Shown: in pieces, positions 12,146 to 24,100 of the stretch
Layout of the letters: each line of letters starts with the position of its first letter
How positions within the stretch are numbered: the first letter of the stretch is position 1
Source: Eledone cirrhosa
Lineage: Eukaryota
Length of the DNA: 64,000 bases
NCBI GenBank assembly: GCA_964016885.1
Contig: OZ024750.1
Location: forward strand, 23,746,001 to 23,810,000
Reading direction: 5' to 3'
Notes under the pieces: generated by a model
Told to the model about the DNA's origin: nothing
The model's database searches: none
What the model saw: only the letters and a program-made list of their open reading frames with translations
Made by a program: the position numbers and the translations under genes

Positions 12146-12834
12146 TCCACACAACTCTTATTGAGTCCTCTCTGGATTTTGGTCTTTGTATTTATTATCT
12201 AAACTATAATAATATATAACTTTGATAAGTTTTGGTAAGTACAGGTCCAAGCCATGTCTAACATAATTATTATGTTAGACTCGGGTGGGTGAGAGATGTC
12301 TTCTCTTGTGAAAATGGGTATAGCTTTCAGGGTCGGACGCCATGCTTTCCAGCATAGTTACGTCCCTTTACGATCTGAGTTCAAATCCCGCCGAGGTTGA
12401 CTTTGCCTTTCATCCTTACGGGGTCGATAAAATAAAGTACCAGTAATGCACTGGGTAATTGCTGGCCTTGTGTCAAAAGTAGAAACAATTATGTAAAATC
12501 TCCCCATTTTGCCTCATTTCTCTCTGTTTTGGGGCCACATTTCTTCATCTTCATGGTACTTCCCGTTTGGGTTTTTAGAGGTCGGCGAGTCTGCATAATA
12601 GTACCACCTGTAATATATACGCACAACTCTACAAGTATTGAGTCCTTTCAGTAGTAAGTGTTTGTTGCTATTTTTATTTTAACAAGCAACCACACACACG
12701 CACAAATACATACACGCATATATATATGTCATCATCATTATATATATATATATATATGCAAGCGTGGAACACGGACGTTAAACGTTGATGATGATGATGA
12801 TATATATATATATATATATATATGCAAAAGTTCT

Positions 12835-13012
12835 ATTTAAAATTGTTGGGATACAACAAGTAAATATTTTTATAACTGATATAAAGCACTCAACAAGTTA
12901 GTGGAGTAAATACACAGTATATTAATAAATGGAAACTATATTTATAAAACCATATTTATTTTATTATACATATTTCAAGGGCAACCAAGGCAAACAAATT
13001 ATGGTGCGCTTA
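12835..13012 (-). mobile_element. Pseudo-LTR relic of the 5441 family, truncated at hammerhead stem II
   Basis: The reverse complement matches about 5456-5625 and lacks CTGATGA. Flanked by (TA)n. Confidence 0.6.
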
Positions 13013-13117
13013 TATATATATATATATAGTTCCCCACCCTCCACTCTCAAGAGCGTAAAACTTATAAACCTTTGTTTGAACTGCCTCTCTGTTTTGTTCC
13101 CGTTCCATTTTTCACTA

Positions 13118-13185
<68 letters not shown>

Positions 13186-13838
13186 TGATGAAATACTGTC
13201 AGTACTTTAATGAAACAAACAAATATTTTAAAAATAGCAGAAAGGGAGAGGGGAGGAGGAATGACAAAGAATAGAGAGAAAGGAAGGAAGTGAGGTAGGA
13301 GAGAGAGAGAGTAGCGTGGCGAGAGGAATCGGAAGAGAAAAAGACAATGTGAGAGTATAGGTAAGAAAGAGGGGGAGAACAATGAAGTTAAAAAATAGGT
13401 TATCATGGGCGAAATGAGGAATAAAAAAGAAAGAGTTAAAGAGAAAGAAAGTTTAGATTTTTTTTTCAATTTCTGCGGTCATGCTGGGTCACCAACAACA
13501 AAAAGACACATAGAGCGAGAGAAAGAAGAATAAAGAATTAGAGAGAATGAAAAAGTTCTTAAGGCAGACATGTTACATGGCTGAAATGGGTTAACGAAAG
13601 TAGTTGATTTTTACTGACACTAACTACTAAGAGATTATTAAGCTTGCATGGGGACCCCGAGTTAAACATTTCATCAGGGCCCATGCATGAAACTGATTTT
13701 TTTTTTTAAACGATAATTATATAATTTATTCTTTTACTGCTTTCAGTCATTAAATAACGGTCATGCTGGGGCACCACCTTGAAAAGATTTAGTCAATCAT
13801 ATCAACCACAATACTTGTTTTTGTTTTGTTTTCTTTTT

Positions 13839-13869
<31 letters not shown>

Positions 13870-14347
13870 TCATGTCTGGTACTTATTTCCCATTTTTTAG
13901 GGACATAAACACAGACAGAAACATAAGCACACTCAGACACACACATGCATCTATACAGACGGATACACACATATACATCTATACGACCGGTTTCTGAAGT
14001 TTCCGTGTACTAAATTCCATTCACAAGGCATTAGTCGACCTGATGCTATGGTAGATGACACTTGCTCAAGGTAGGTCCGAATCCAGAAACAAATGGTTGC
14101 GAAGCAGTAGCGTAGTTAGTGTGTGTACCGCCCAAGGGCAGCCCTTGATATTTTGTGGAAGACCAACAGTCATCCATGCATGCTAGTCCCCTCTCTCCAC
14201 TTCGCCCATATTGTCTAAGGGAAAGGCAAAGGCTTGTACAGCTTGGCACCAATGTTGTTGCAACTCGTTTTCCCAAATGAGTGGACTAGAGCAATGTAAA
14301 ATAAAGTGTTTTGCTCAAGGTACAACACCCAAGGATAGACATTAAAC

Positions 14348-14634
14348 CAGGAGCGTGAAACAAGCGGCCCGTGGGCCACAATCTGGCCCGCAATGACCGT
14401 TTTTAATTTTTATCTTGCAGACTTATTTAGAATTCTTTTCGTAACTGTAATACAATTTTCTGTTAGTTGACCTATATTAAAAAGCTTCACTGATAGGGTT
14501 ATGTGTTATAATTTCCCTGTTCCATGTTATGGAAAGAAGTTGTGGTGAATCTTTGGAATAGTGCTTAATAAATATTAATGGCCCTAATAGTTGTTCAAAA
14601 GTGGCCCGCCAATGGAATATGTTGCACACCCCTG
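14348..14634. mobile_element. hAT-family MITE
   Basis: CAGG...CCTG termini, subterminal GGCCCG motifs, 8-bp TSD cattaaac/ctttaaac with one mismatch. Confidence 0.75.
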
Positions 14635-14859
14635 CTTTAAACCCTCCCCCTAACAAAAAATACAACGTATTGCATGATAACTTCTTCATAAAGTGTCACT
14701 GCTATTGTTGCGAAGCTCCTTAACTATGCAGCCATACCTTACCTATAAAATACAAAAAAAATAACAATTTGCAGGGGACCGCCATGCCGAACTCAACACT
14801 GCCATCTGATGCAATGTCAGGTTTGACTGCCATTTGGTGGGCTTGGCCTCTGACGCATT

Positions 14860-15270
14860 TCAGATTTTACATTGCTGACCTATTTATTCTCACACTCCTC
14901 CAGCCGCACCCTCAACAGTGACATCCTTTGTAAGACTGCAGATTCTCACATTGCATGGAGACAGCTCTGGCCTATTGGAAAGACGAAGGCCTCACCGGAC
15001 CTCAGTAAGCAGATCCCCAACGCAACTGAGACGACATCAAGTGTAGGTCAGCCTTTCTTGGACCAATGCAGTTTTGCCTACCTCCATTCTGCCTCACAGT
15101 CAAACAGTGGTGCGTGGCTCAATTTGGTGCCCTCCTCATCAACCGATACTCTTCTTGATGATGAGTGCACTCGCATCGGTGTGACCTGGTGCCTCAGACT
15201 CCATGTGTGTGAGCTACACAAATACCTGTGGAGCTGTTGTTGATAAGTTCAGTCTACCTGCCGCCTTAGT
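14860..15270 (+). mobile_element. Degraded CRE-clade retrotransposon fragment
   Basis: SGAWLNLVPSSSTDTLLDDECTRIGV..LRL.VCE.H motif typical of CRE C-terminal regions. Confidence 0.6.
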
Positions 15271-15867
15271 AACATTGCAACTCATTTCCAGCTGAGTGAA
15301 CAGGAGCAATGTAAGATAAAATGTCTTGCTCGAGGACACAACACTCTATCCATTCTGGGAATCAAACTCACAACCACACGATTATAAGCCCAATGCACTA
15401 ACCAATAAGCCACGTGCCTTCACTGTGAATGGACACTTTAATTCGCAATAATTCTAAGGCAGAGTTTTGGAATAATTTTTCAGAATCTGTGGGTGTATCA
15501 TCGAAAATAGGAGGGCAGTGCCATTCATTTCCCACCTCCTTGGTGATAGGTTGGAACGAGGCTAAGACACTGGAATAGCCAAGCACCAACATGAGCTTCA
15601 CCTGATAATACTTCATTAAATCTAAGCTGCCAACAATAACAAAAACTTCATTGTCAATGCTTTCCTCCTTTCCCCCCGCTAATTAATTTTAATTAATCTG
15701 TTTCTTTTGTAAATCATATATGTATGTATGTTCCTGTTACTCCCAATGTAGTCATAGGGGCACTGCTGTGGCATACACTGTTTTGAATATTTAAAATCTA
15801 GTGGGGCCCATCCTCTCTCTAGGTCTAATCGAGCAAATTTATAACACAGAGGTAATAAGTCCATTGA

Positions 15868-16096
15868 TTAACCCTTTAGCATTTACATTACTCTATATTT
15901 ACTATTATATTTTCACAGTAAAGGCTTTACCTTATATAATTATCTCACATAATATCCAATCTATGAAATTCTGATATTATTTATTTTGAGAACAATACCT
16001 TCACATCAGTATGAGTAGCCAGTTACAGCCAATTTGAACAGAAAGAGGTGAGAGAATTCTGGCCAGATATGGCTGGTTTAACTGCTAAAGGGTTAA
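15868..16096. mobile_element. piggyBac-like MITE with TTAA TSD; other copies at 17097-17211, 30699-30808 (partial), 35088-35312, 48234-48459, 53494-53720
   Basis: TTAA-CCCTTTAGCA...TGCTAAAGGG-TTAA termini and shared internal sequence. Confidence 0.8.
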
Positions 16097-17494
16097 GTGT
16101 GATTGATGGATCCTGTGTACCAAATATAACATATCAACGTCTAGTTGACAGTAAGGGATTGTGTTGTCCATTTTAACATAGTAGTATCACATGTTATGTA
16201 GTGTGTGATCAGTATCAAATTTAGATAAGAACTATGTGAGCTGCGGCTCAGAGTTTTGTATTCCAGGTCCAAGAGGGCCTTTCCTGTATTAAATCATCAT
16301 CATTTAACGTCTATCTTCCACGCTAGCATGGGTTAGACGGGAGTTGTCCCACTTTAGGCACGATTGGTTGGGTGACCGTGTCTCGCTCGTATAAGACTGT
16401 CTGGCAGGTTTTCTACGGCTGGATGCCACCAACCACATTTACAGTGTGGACTGGGAACTTTTTACCGTGTTACCTACACGACCACATTACAGCATTGACT
16501 GTGTGTTTTTTTGTCGTCACAGCTATATGATCTCCTTAGTTTAGACTGGTACCAACATAACTTTATAGAGAAAGGGTGGTGTTGGCGGGAGTGGGATGAT
16601 GAAGTAGGGGTAGTGGGTTGGGGTGTATGTTTGGTTTGGAGGGGCCTACTGACTGTAAGTTAACTTTGCATGTAGGGAAGGCGGGTCTTCTGTATTATTG
16701 CATGGCGCCAAAGATCTCAATCCAGTGACATTGTCTTAGAGAGGCGCAAGTGTGCAAGGTTGGAATTTATCATGTCGTCCCAGGTTTTTCTAGGTCTACC
16801 TACTCCGTAACTTCCATCAAATATATATTAAAATATAGCTATGAAATACAGTTGTTGGGGGGTCACATCTGTTTTGGAGGTTGACATTGATCAATGATGG
16901 AATCCTAGCACTGTTCTATCTGTAGAGCTATAGTCAAGTACTTTGAATTTTCATTAGGTTTCTTGAAAACAAATGGGATCTGGGTAAATGTACCCTAGTT
17001 CAAGGTTCTTAATTGTTTTAAACCAACCCTGATAGTCTCAGTCTGGCCACACTGGATTTTCACTATTGTTCAGTCTGTTTTTGTGGTAAAAGGAAATTAA
17101 CCCTTTAGCACACCTTAACATCAGTTTGAGTGGCTGGTTATGGCCAGTTTAAACAGAAAGAGGTGAGAGAATTCTGGCTGAATATGGCCTATTTAAATGC
17201 TAAAGGGTTAAGTTACAGGAAAAGAAAATCAATAATGTAATTTAATAGACAATACATGACTTGTACACAATGACAATGCAGTTTATATGACAATACATGT
17301 AGAAAAAGAAAGGTGACCAAACACAATTTAATCAATATTTTAAATAAAACAAGTGAATGCCTGTGGTTTGGTGTTTAGGGTGCTGGTGTTACTATTATAA
17401 GGTGGTGAGTTCGAATCCCATACTGGGTGGCAGGTTGTGCCTTGCGCAAAACACTTTATTTTAAATTGCTCTAGTCTACTCAATTGGGAAAAGG

Positions 17495-17875
17495 TCATGA
17501 ATCTTGAGTAATGACTGAAAGAATATGATCGAAGGGTCTTTGGAGTAATGTTACTCGATAAAGTGTGTAGCTCGGAGATCAGAGAGTCACTCCAGGTAGA
17601 GCCACTACTTCTTCGAATTGAGAGATCACAGCTCCAATACTATGAGCATGTGGTTAGAATGTCTCAGGAAAGACTCGCTGGACAGATTTTATGGGTGAAA
17701 CCAACTGGCAGGAGACCCAGGGGTAAACTCTGAGCAAGATGGTTGATAACATCCATGAGGCTTGGCTGGTCTTGCTTAGGGATCCAGCCAGAGCAGTTGG
17801 AGACGGCTGCTTCTGACAGGACCCGTTGGAAGGAGTGTTTGAGGACTCTGCCCTCATGACCCTCTCAAGAAGAAG
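17495..17875 (+). mobile_element. RTE LINE 3' fragment, same family as 400-925
   Basis: IRESLQVEPLLLRIERSQL...GRRPRGK, with DNA similarity to 500-910. Confidence 0.8.
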
Positions 17876-18038
17876 AGATGTAATAACATTGGTACCAAGC
17901 TGTACCAGCCTTTGCCTTTCCTTTGGACCACATTGGCATCATGGAGAGAGGAGACTGGTATGCATGGGTGTTTGATGGTCTTCAACAAAACATCCTACCC
18001 AGGCTTGGTCAACCAGTGATGGGGTGTATAACCCATGT

Positions 18039-18277
18039 TCAGTGAAGCCCAAAATTGGGGGTAGGGGTGACTCCTCTGAATAATACAATGAAACAAAAAA
18101 TTGAATTTATTTTTTCAATATTTTTTCCTTGATTCATTTTTGTACACTTTTTGAGGCTGGTTTTGGCCACAATGAGGCCAAACAAAGTGGTAATTGCTGG
18201 GTAGACTACATCTTTCAGCCTGTGGGATTTGAAATATTTAGGAGCAGCTTGGTCAGGTTCATGACAAAAGGTCCCAC
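18039..18277 (-). CDS. Candidate terminal exon (GTFCHEPDQAAPKYFKSHRLKDVVYPAITTLFGLIVAKTSLKKCTKMNQGKNIEK...)
   Basis: Strong acceptor ttttttattttgtccag|, in frame with 19241-19312, AATAAA near 18105-18112. Confidence 0.4.
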
Positions 18278-19240
18278 TGGACAAAATAAAAAATAATACA
18301 GAATTTGAATATGTAGTTCTGGTTTATTCTTGTGAACATCATGTGATGCTCGTTGGGGTCCTTAGCTGTTCTAGCATCTTATCCTTGCTATCCTCTGCAG
18401 CAATGCTTTGTCTTGGCTTTCCTCGAAAATTCTTAGAGGGAAATACCACCATTCCCTGTTATAAAGTGTGCATGTCTTCTCTGTATTTTCCCTCTAACTA
18501 AGTGGTTTGTGATAGGAAGAGCATCCAACCATAGAAAACTTGCTAAACAAAGAGCCAAGAGGGCTCTTCAGTTGTGTCAAAGACATGGTAACCTCTCTAG
18601 TATATGTGGCATGATAAAATGCACCTAGTGTAGTCTGTGAAGCATGAAAATGTAAGTAAATGAGTTGTGGCCCCCCAGTCTCTCTGGGAAGTCAGAAGTT
18701 CCGATTAAGTACTGGATTAGTCTGTGACAACCTGTTCAATCCATGTTAGCAGGAAAAAACGGACGTTACAAGATGATGATGATTGATTATAGATTTTGCG
18801 TTTAAATGTACAAGGCTTGTTTTTTTTTTTAAAGGAATAAAACATTCTGCTTATGTAATATAGAGCATTAGTCAGAACCTGATCAACCATTCAGATCACT
18901 GTATGAAGATGGTGATAAAGTAGTATTGTTTGAAAATCAAACTTTGAACAAAGATAAAAACGAAAGTACATACATGAACCCGGAATGTCTATACTAGAGA
19001 TTAATGATTTACTGATAAAAATAAATCTACTGAAACATTTTCTGTTGAAACAAAATGTATTAAAACATCTTGTACATATAAACAGAATTTAGCATATAAT
19101 AAATATGGCTTGCACAAGAAACAAATCAATAAACATTAAGTAGATAGAAACACAGGGAATGCTGGTGTTTCCCTTTAAAAAATGTTGAGGTAAGCCAAGA
19201 ACATTCACACCATTGCCACAGGTGATAGTAAGGTTATTAC

Positions 19241-19312
19241 GCCAGAACACTTAAGTACAAAAACTTTGTGGTCAACAGCCCAACTCCCTCAAAAGCCTCG
19301 AACATGTGAGAC
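19241..19312 (-). CDS. Candidate 72-nt exon (SHMFEAFEGVGLLTTKFLYLSVLA) of an unidentified transcript
   Basis: Strong acceptor ttttgttgtttttgcaccag|, donor ggc|gtaata, one open frame ending in phase 2. Confidence 0.45.
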
Positions 19313-20071
19313 CTGGTGCAAAAACAACAAAATACACAGTTATTACAGAGCTTGAAGAAAAGACACACAAACATGTATATACATGCCTGTATACAGCTGG
19401 TAATAGGCTCAGGCCCGATGTGAAGTATAGGCCACATTTCAAATTGCTCATTAAGTATTTTAGTGACTAGTGGTAAATGCTTATGATTTATGTATTGATT
19501 ACAGGTATATGTAGTGAACATGATGTACATAGGATTAACAGAACAGAATAAAAGAATTAGAACATGAGGGAGGGGGGGGGGGGCTACTCACCCACATTCA
19601 AACATCACTTATAAAAATGGACAAATGATCTATTATGGCACAGGAACATATCGTTGCATTGAGAAGAATTAAGAGAAGCTTCATCAAGTAGACATTGTAG
19701 AAATCTGCAGTTTTACATAAAATAATTTGAAATTGGAAAACTGTCAGGGACCTATGCTAAAAACGTATCATATGTGTATGAATTACTAGTATATATCTGT
19801 AATGTAGTGTACCCAATTCGGAGAAGTAATGACTCTACCTGGAGCAACTCTTAGATCTAATTATGTACTCTGTTGAGTAATGTTACTCCAAAGACCCTTT
19901 GGAGGAACCTCAATTTTAAAAGAAACAATAGTTAAAATTAAAACATTTTTGATCAATGCCTTGTCCCTGACATTTGGTAGGCGGAAACTGCAGCACCTCA
20001 TCGTGTGTGTGTGCTTGTGTTTGTTTCTTAACTCTTTACTTCAACGTTTATTCACTACAAATTATTTATAA

Positions 20072-20419
20072 CTAGCTGACGTACCCAGCTTCGCCCGGGT
20101 AAACATGATAAGAGAAGACAGGTAAAAGAGAAAATGACTGTATTGGATGTTTGTCTGGTTACAGTATGAGGCGAGTCCGTGGTGTCTGTGTGATACAGAA
20201 AACAGTAAAAAAAAAAATCTTCCAGATATACCAGATTCTTCGTTGTACCGTTTGTGCATAGTATATGAACAATTCTAGGTGCTCCCACCTAGAATAGTAA
20301 TCTCTAGGGGATGGTTCATCTTCTGCCTGACTGTAAAACGTGTATCATTGCATAGACGTGGTTGTTCCACGTTTCTCAAAACGATGATGGAAGTTCCAAT
20401 CTTTTATATTATATGTAGA
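20072..20419 (-). mobile_element. Non-autonomous Helitron-like element
   Basis: On the minus strand: 5' TC(tacatataatataaaag), 3' GC-rich hairpin cccgggcgaagctggg followed by CTAG, inserted between A and T with no TSD. Confidence 0.65.
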
Positions 20420-20999
20420 TATAGATAATTAATATAAAAGATGTCCGTCAATGTAAAAAAAGGTCCCTATTTACTCCCTTCACAACTCTGTGTATGTTAG
20501 ACTGACAGACAGGCACACATACAGATAAACAGCGTGGCGATTGTGGAACGCCACACACATGGAATCGCGCACACGCACGCAAACTTACACACGCACACAT
20601 GTTGATAGTTTTTACTTTCTGTGGAACACTGCACGCACGCACACACACAAACATACGCGCACGTACATACACACGCACGCATATTAATAGCTATTGCTTT
20701 CCTTCACCTCTTATTTCCACACACATCACACACACACACATGTCTCTACACTGACACATATAGCGTTCACACTCTCCCCTCTCACTCCATTGGCATTATG
20801 CATATTAATTTCAGTTTGGCGTCGTTGAGGTGGGCGGAGTCGTTTGAAACCTATGAACTAATGATAAGCGAGAATTATGACACACGGAATACTGACGTTG
20901 TTGAAATTAATATATAGATTCTTACAGAATGAAAATAGATACAAATAATATATACAATACTTAACAAATATATAGGATTAAACAAAACGACCATCAATT

Positions 21000-21785
21000 C
21001 ACCACCAAGTGCGACAATCGGCTGCACATTATAAGGGTCAAAGAAACACTTTGAGGCAAGCCAACACGCTCGCAACATAACCATGGGTGATGGCGAGGCT
21101 AAGGCGCTGAAACAACTAGGCACCCTCACGGGCATCACCTGACACCTCAGTAAGGTGAGCCGCCAGTGATGACAAGAACTTCGCTGTCAGCGGCTGAACT
21201 CCATCAAACGTCTCGAAAACCATAGGCCGGAAAAAATAATTATTAGATAGATCCAGGTATTTCCGAATGTTATTCTGTTCGGCAACGGAAGCAGTGACCT
21301 CTACATTTATCGTGACGTCCATGATGTGGGAGGGCGCAAAAGAGTCATTGAATGTGGGGTCCCAGATGAGACACCTGCCTCTTACTCAGGGACAAATTGT
21401 AAGGCCGTCTGGTATCTTTTCATCACTTCTGGATAATCCAGTTGGCTCCAGAACTAAGCGGATATTTATCCGAGCTAGGGCCCGTTTAACGATCAGGTTT
21501 AGCTCGGTGTGGCGGGCGAAACGACCAGCATTCAGGCGGCAGGACAAACCATGTAGGCCTGTAGAGTCGAGGGACCTACAACAGCGACATCTCAGACCCC
21601 CGCAGATTTCGAGAACTTTGTGCTTGCAGAAAGTAAGCGACACCTAAAAAATTGATTGGAATGATTAAAGAAAGAGTTTAAAGTTTCTCTGCAACGCAGA
21701 TTGTCCCATACTCTCTGCTTCCGTCTATCCTCATCAGTAACGGGAACTGGCAAAACTAGCTCTCTCCACTGTAGTAAAGCTTCCC
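21000..21785 (-). mobile_element. CRE-clade non-LTR retrotransposon fragment (zinc knuckle plus restriction-like endonuclease)
   Basis: CRC...D..GLHGLSC...GRFARH...EP.GLSR.D.K.PDGLT...LIWD...AE...RKY...F.P..FETF, broken by stops and frameshifts. Confidence 0.75.
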
Positions 21786-22079
21786 ACAAAAATATACCGA
21801 CAAAATAAATACCAAACTTGAAAATATAATTTCTGAGGTTGATATGATCGACAAAAAAAAAAAAAAAAATCATGACGGTACTCCAGCACGACCGCAGTCT
21901 AAATACTGAAAACCAGTAAAAAAAAAAAAACCCCATTAAGAACAGATTTTATGATAAAATGTTTTGAAATACCGCGAAATCAAAATGTGTATTAGAATTT
22001 GCAGGTTTGGGGAAATAATTTAAGTAAAAATAAAGACGAACTGTTCAATTAAAGAGACTGAAAGAAAAGGTAGGTTTGA

Positions 22080-22200
22080 ATAAATAAGCTAAGTAAAAAT
22101 AAAGAACGAAGTGGCAACACACGGAAGCAGGAAATAAATGTTATGACCCCCCACGCGAATAATTGGACGACAATATGGTATTGTTGGTAGACTGATGTCA
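22080..22200. promoter_or_regulatory. Candidate bidirectional promoter for TECPR1 and a minus-strand transcript
   Basis: Local CpG retention, tandem ETS-like cGGAAg/aGGAAa, a CCAAT (attgg) and a YY1-like aatatgg. Donor-like sites point outward on both strands (+ atg|gtattg near 22177; - gcg|gtattt near 21972). Confidence 0.4.
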
Positions 22201-22743
22201 TCTCTTTACCATTTGTTTGTGCCCTTCTTCTGTCTCCTTCAGCTCACTTACTATCTCTAATTGCAAGAGAACTACTGCAACTACAACCTCTGTTGCCATC
22301 CGCCACATCTCAGCTGCTTGCTGCAAGTAGTGATGTTATTTCTTTCTTATACTTGCTGCTGCTACCACCACCTTAACTGACATTCTTCGTTCACCAATAA
22401 TACACACTGCTACCATTGCTAAAAACCACCCTCGATCTCTTTATCTCCGCTTCTATCTGTCTTTATCTATCTCTGTCCCCCTTTGTCTCTCTTATCACAT
22501 TAGCAATTAAAAAATCCACATTGTCTTTACATTACCCACCCTGACAAAAAGTGGCTTACAAGTGTACTTTCATTGCTACTACAGCTACCACATATATACA
22601 CACACCCATATATACACACCCACCTACTTATATACACATATAAACACACACACATATATACATGGTTACAGTTGTGTATATACAATAGAGGAGTTGGTGT
22701 AGTAGAAACACATTTACGTCTATCTATATTCACCTGTTTTTAG

Positions 22744-22841
22744 ATTGTTTTCTCGTTGGAATCATTAAATGTGGAAATATTAGTTTTATTAAGGACTCCG
22801 GTAGCTTCGAATACTAGGACACATTGACTGGGAGCAGTGGG
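22744..22841 (+). other. Candidate non-coding 5' UTR exon of TECPR1
   Basis: Acceptor gtttttag|att and a perfect donor ggg|gtaagt, just downstream of the CpG/ETS-containing region at about 22.1 kb. Confidence 0.4.
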
Positions 22842-23369
22842 GTAAGTTTGTGTCACCCTTATATATATTTTGTTCTCTCTCTCTCCCTCATATGTAATAT
22901 ATATATATAATTGTTTCTACTTTTGGCACAAATATAATAATATATATACAGATGCTTCTTTCGTTTTCGTTATTCTTATCACGGTCACATAAACATAACA
23001 CAACCGACCTGTCGTTCTGTTGATGTTGTAGGTGATCTGGGTATAATGATGTCTACTTATTACGACTACCACTAATAATAATAATAATAATGAGTGTTAT
23101 GTTATCATCTTCGTCATTTCATTATCATTAAATGAAAGAAATCAACATTATTATTACTTTAATAATAATGTTGATTTCTTTCATTTGCCACAAAGGCGAT
23201 GAATATGGGGACATTGCAGTAATAATAACCATAATAATGTTTCCCTTATTTGCGACGAGGGCAGAAAACAGCAATGAAATGTATGTGAATTATTAAATAA
23301 AACTAATAAATTATATAGTAAAATGAATTACACCTTTTTAGAACGCATTCGCACTCCAGCCACAGCACG

Positions 23370-24100
23370 TTCACACCCCAGCTACCCTATCTAAATTGCC
23401 ACATAGGTATGGTTTACCTCCACACCTCAGTCACTCTCATTTACCACATAGGGTGTATGCTTAGAACACCTCCGTACCCAAGCTACCCTGACTGAATTAT
23501 CACCTACGTATAAATTGCATCTACACCTCACGAATTGAATTACCGCCTGGGTATAGAATACCTTCATAACCTAATCTCATTGATTAACCACCTAGGTGTA
23601 ATTAGAATACCTCTATACCTCACTCACCCTAACTGAATTACCAAGGTGTGATTAAAACGCTCTGTACCAGACACGGGCAACCTTTTTCGAGCAATGGGCC
23701 GCATAGAATGTGGCTCATTATAAGGCGGGCCACACTACTAAGAAATTCATGTCAATTTTGAAATTAGGCTTGCCATTCAGAAAGCCAAAACAGGCCGCAG
23801 TGTTTGGCCATGATTGCTCTACATCCTAGCTACTCGATTTGAATCACCTATGTTATATGATTAGAATACCTTCCCACCCCAGTCACACCAACTGAATTAC
23901 CACCTAGGGTATATGATTAAAACACTTCCTATACCCCAGTCACACCAACCGAATTACCACCTAGGGTATATGATTAAAACACTTCCTTTACCCCTGTCAC
24001 ACCAACTGAATCACCACCTAGGGTGTATGATTGAAACACCTCCATACCACAGCTACCCGAATTGAATTACCATCTACGTACATACACCAATCATCTATAC
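23370..24100. repeat. Degenerate minisatellite of about 57 bp
   Basis: gaattaccacctagggtatatgattaaaacac recurs; best copies at 23880-24060. Confidence 0.8.
23668..23816. mobile_element. Probable hAT MITE inserted in a minisatellite
   Basis: cagacacgggcaacctttt...gggccgca...ggccgcagtgtttggccatgattg; the TSD is degraded. Confidence 0.45.

Noticed and set aside
19241-19312. Selenoprotein reading of the alternative frame with in-frame TGAs
   Set aside because: No recognisable selenoprotein motif or SECIS, and another frame is fully open.
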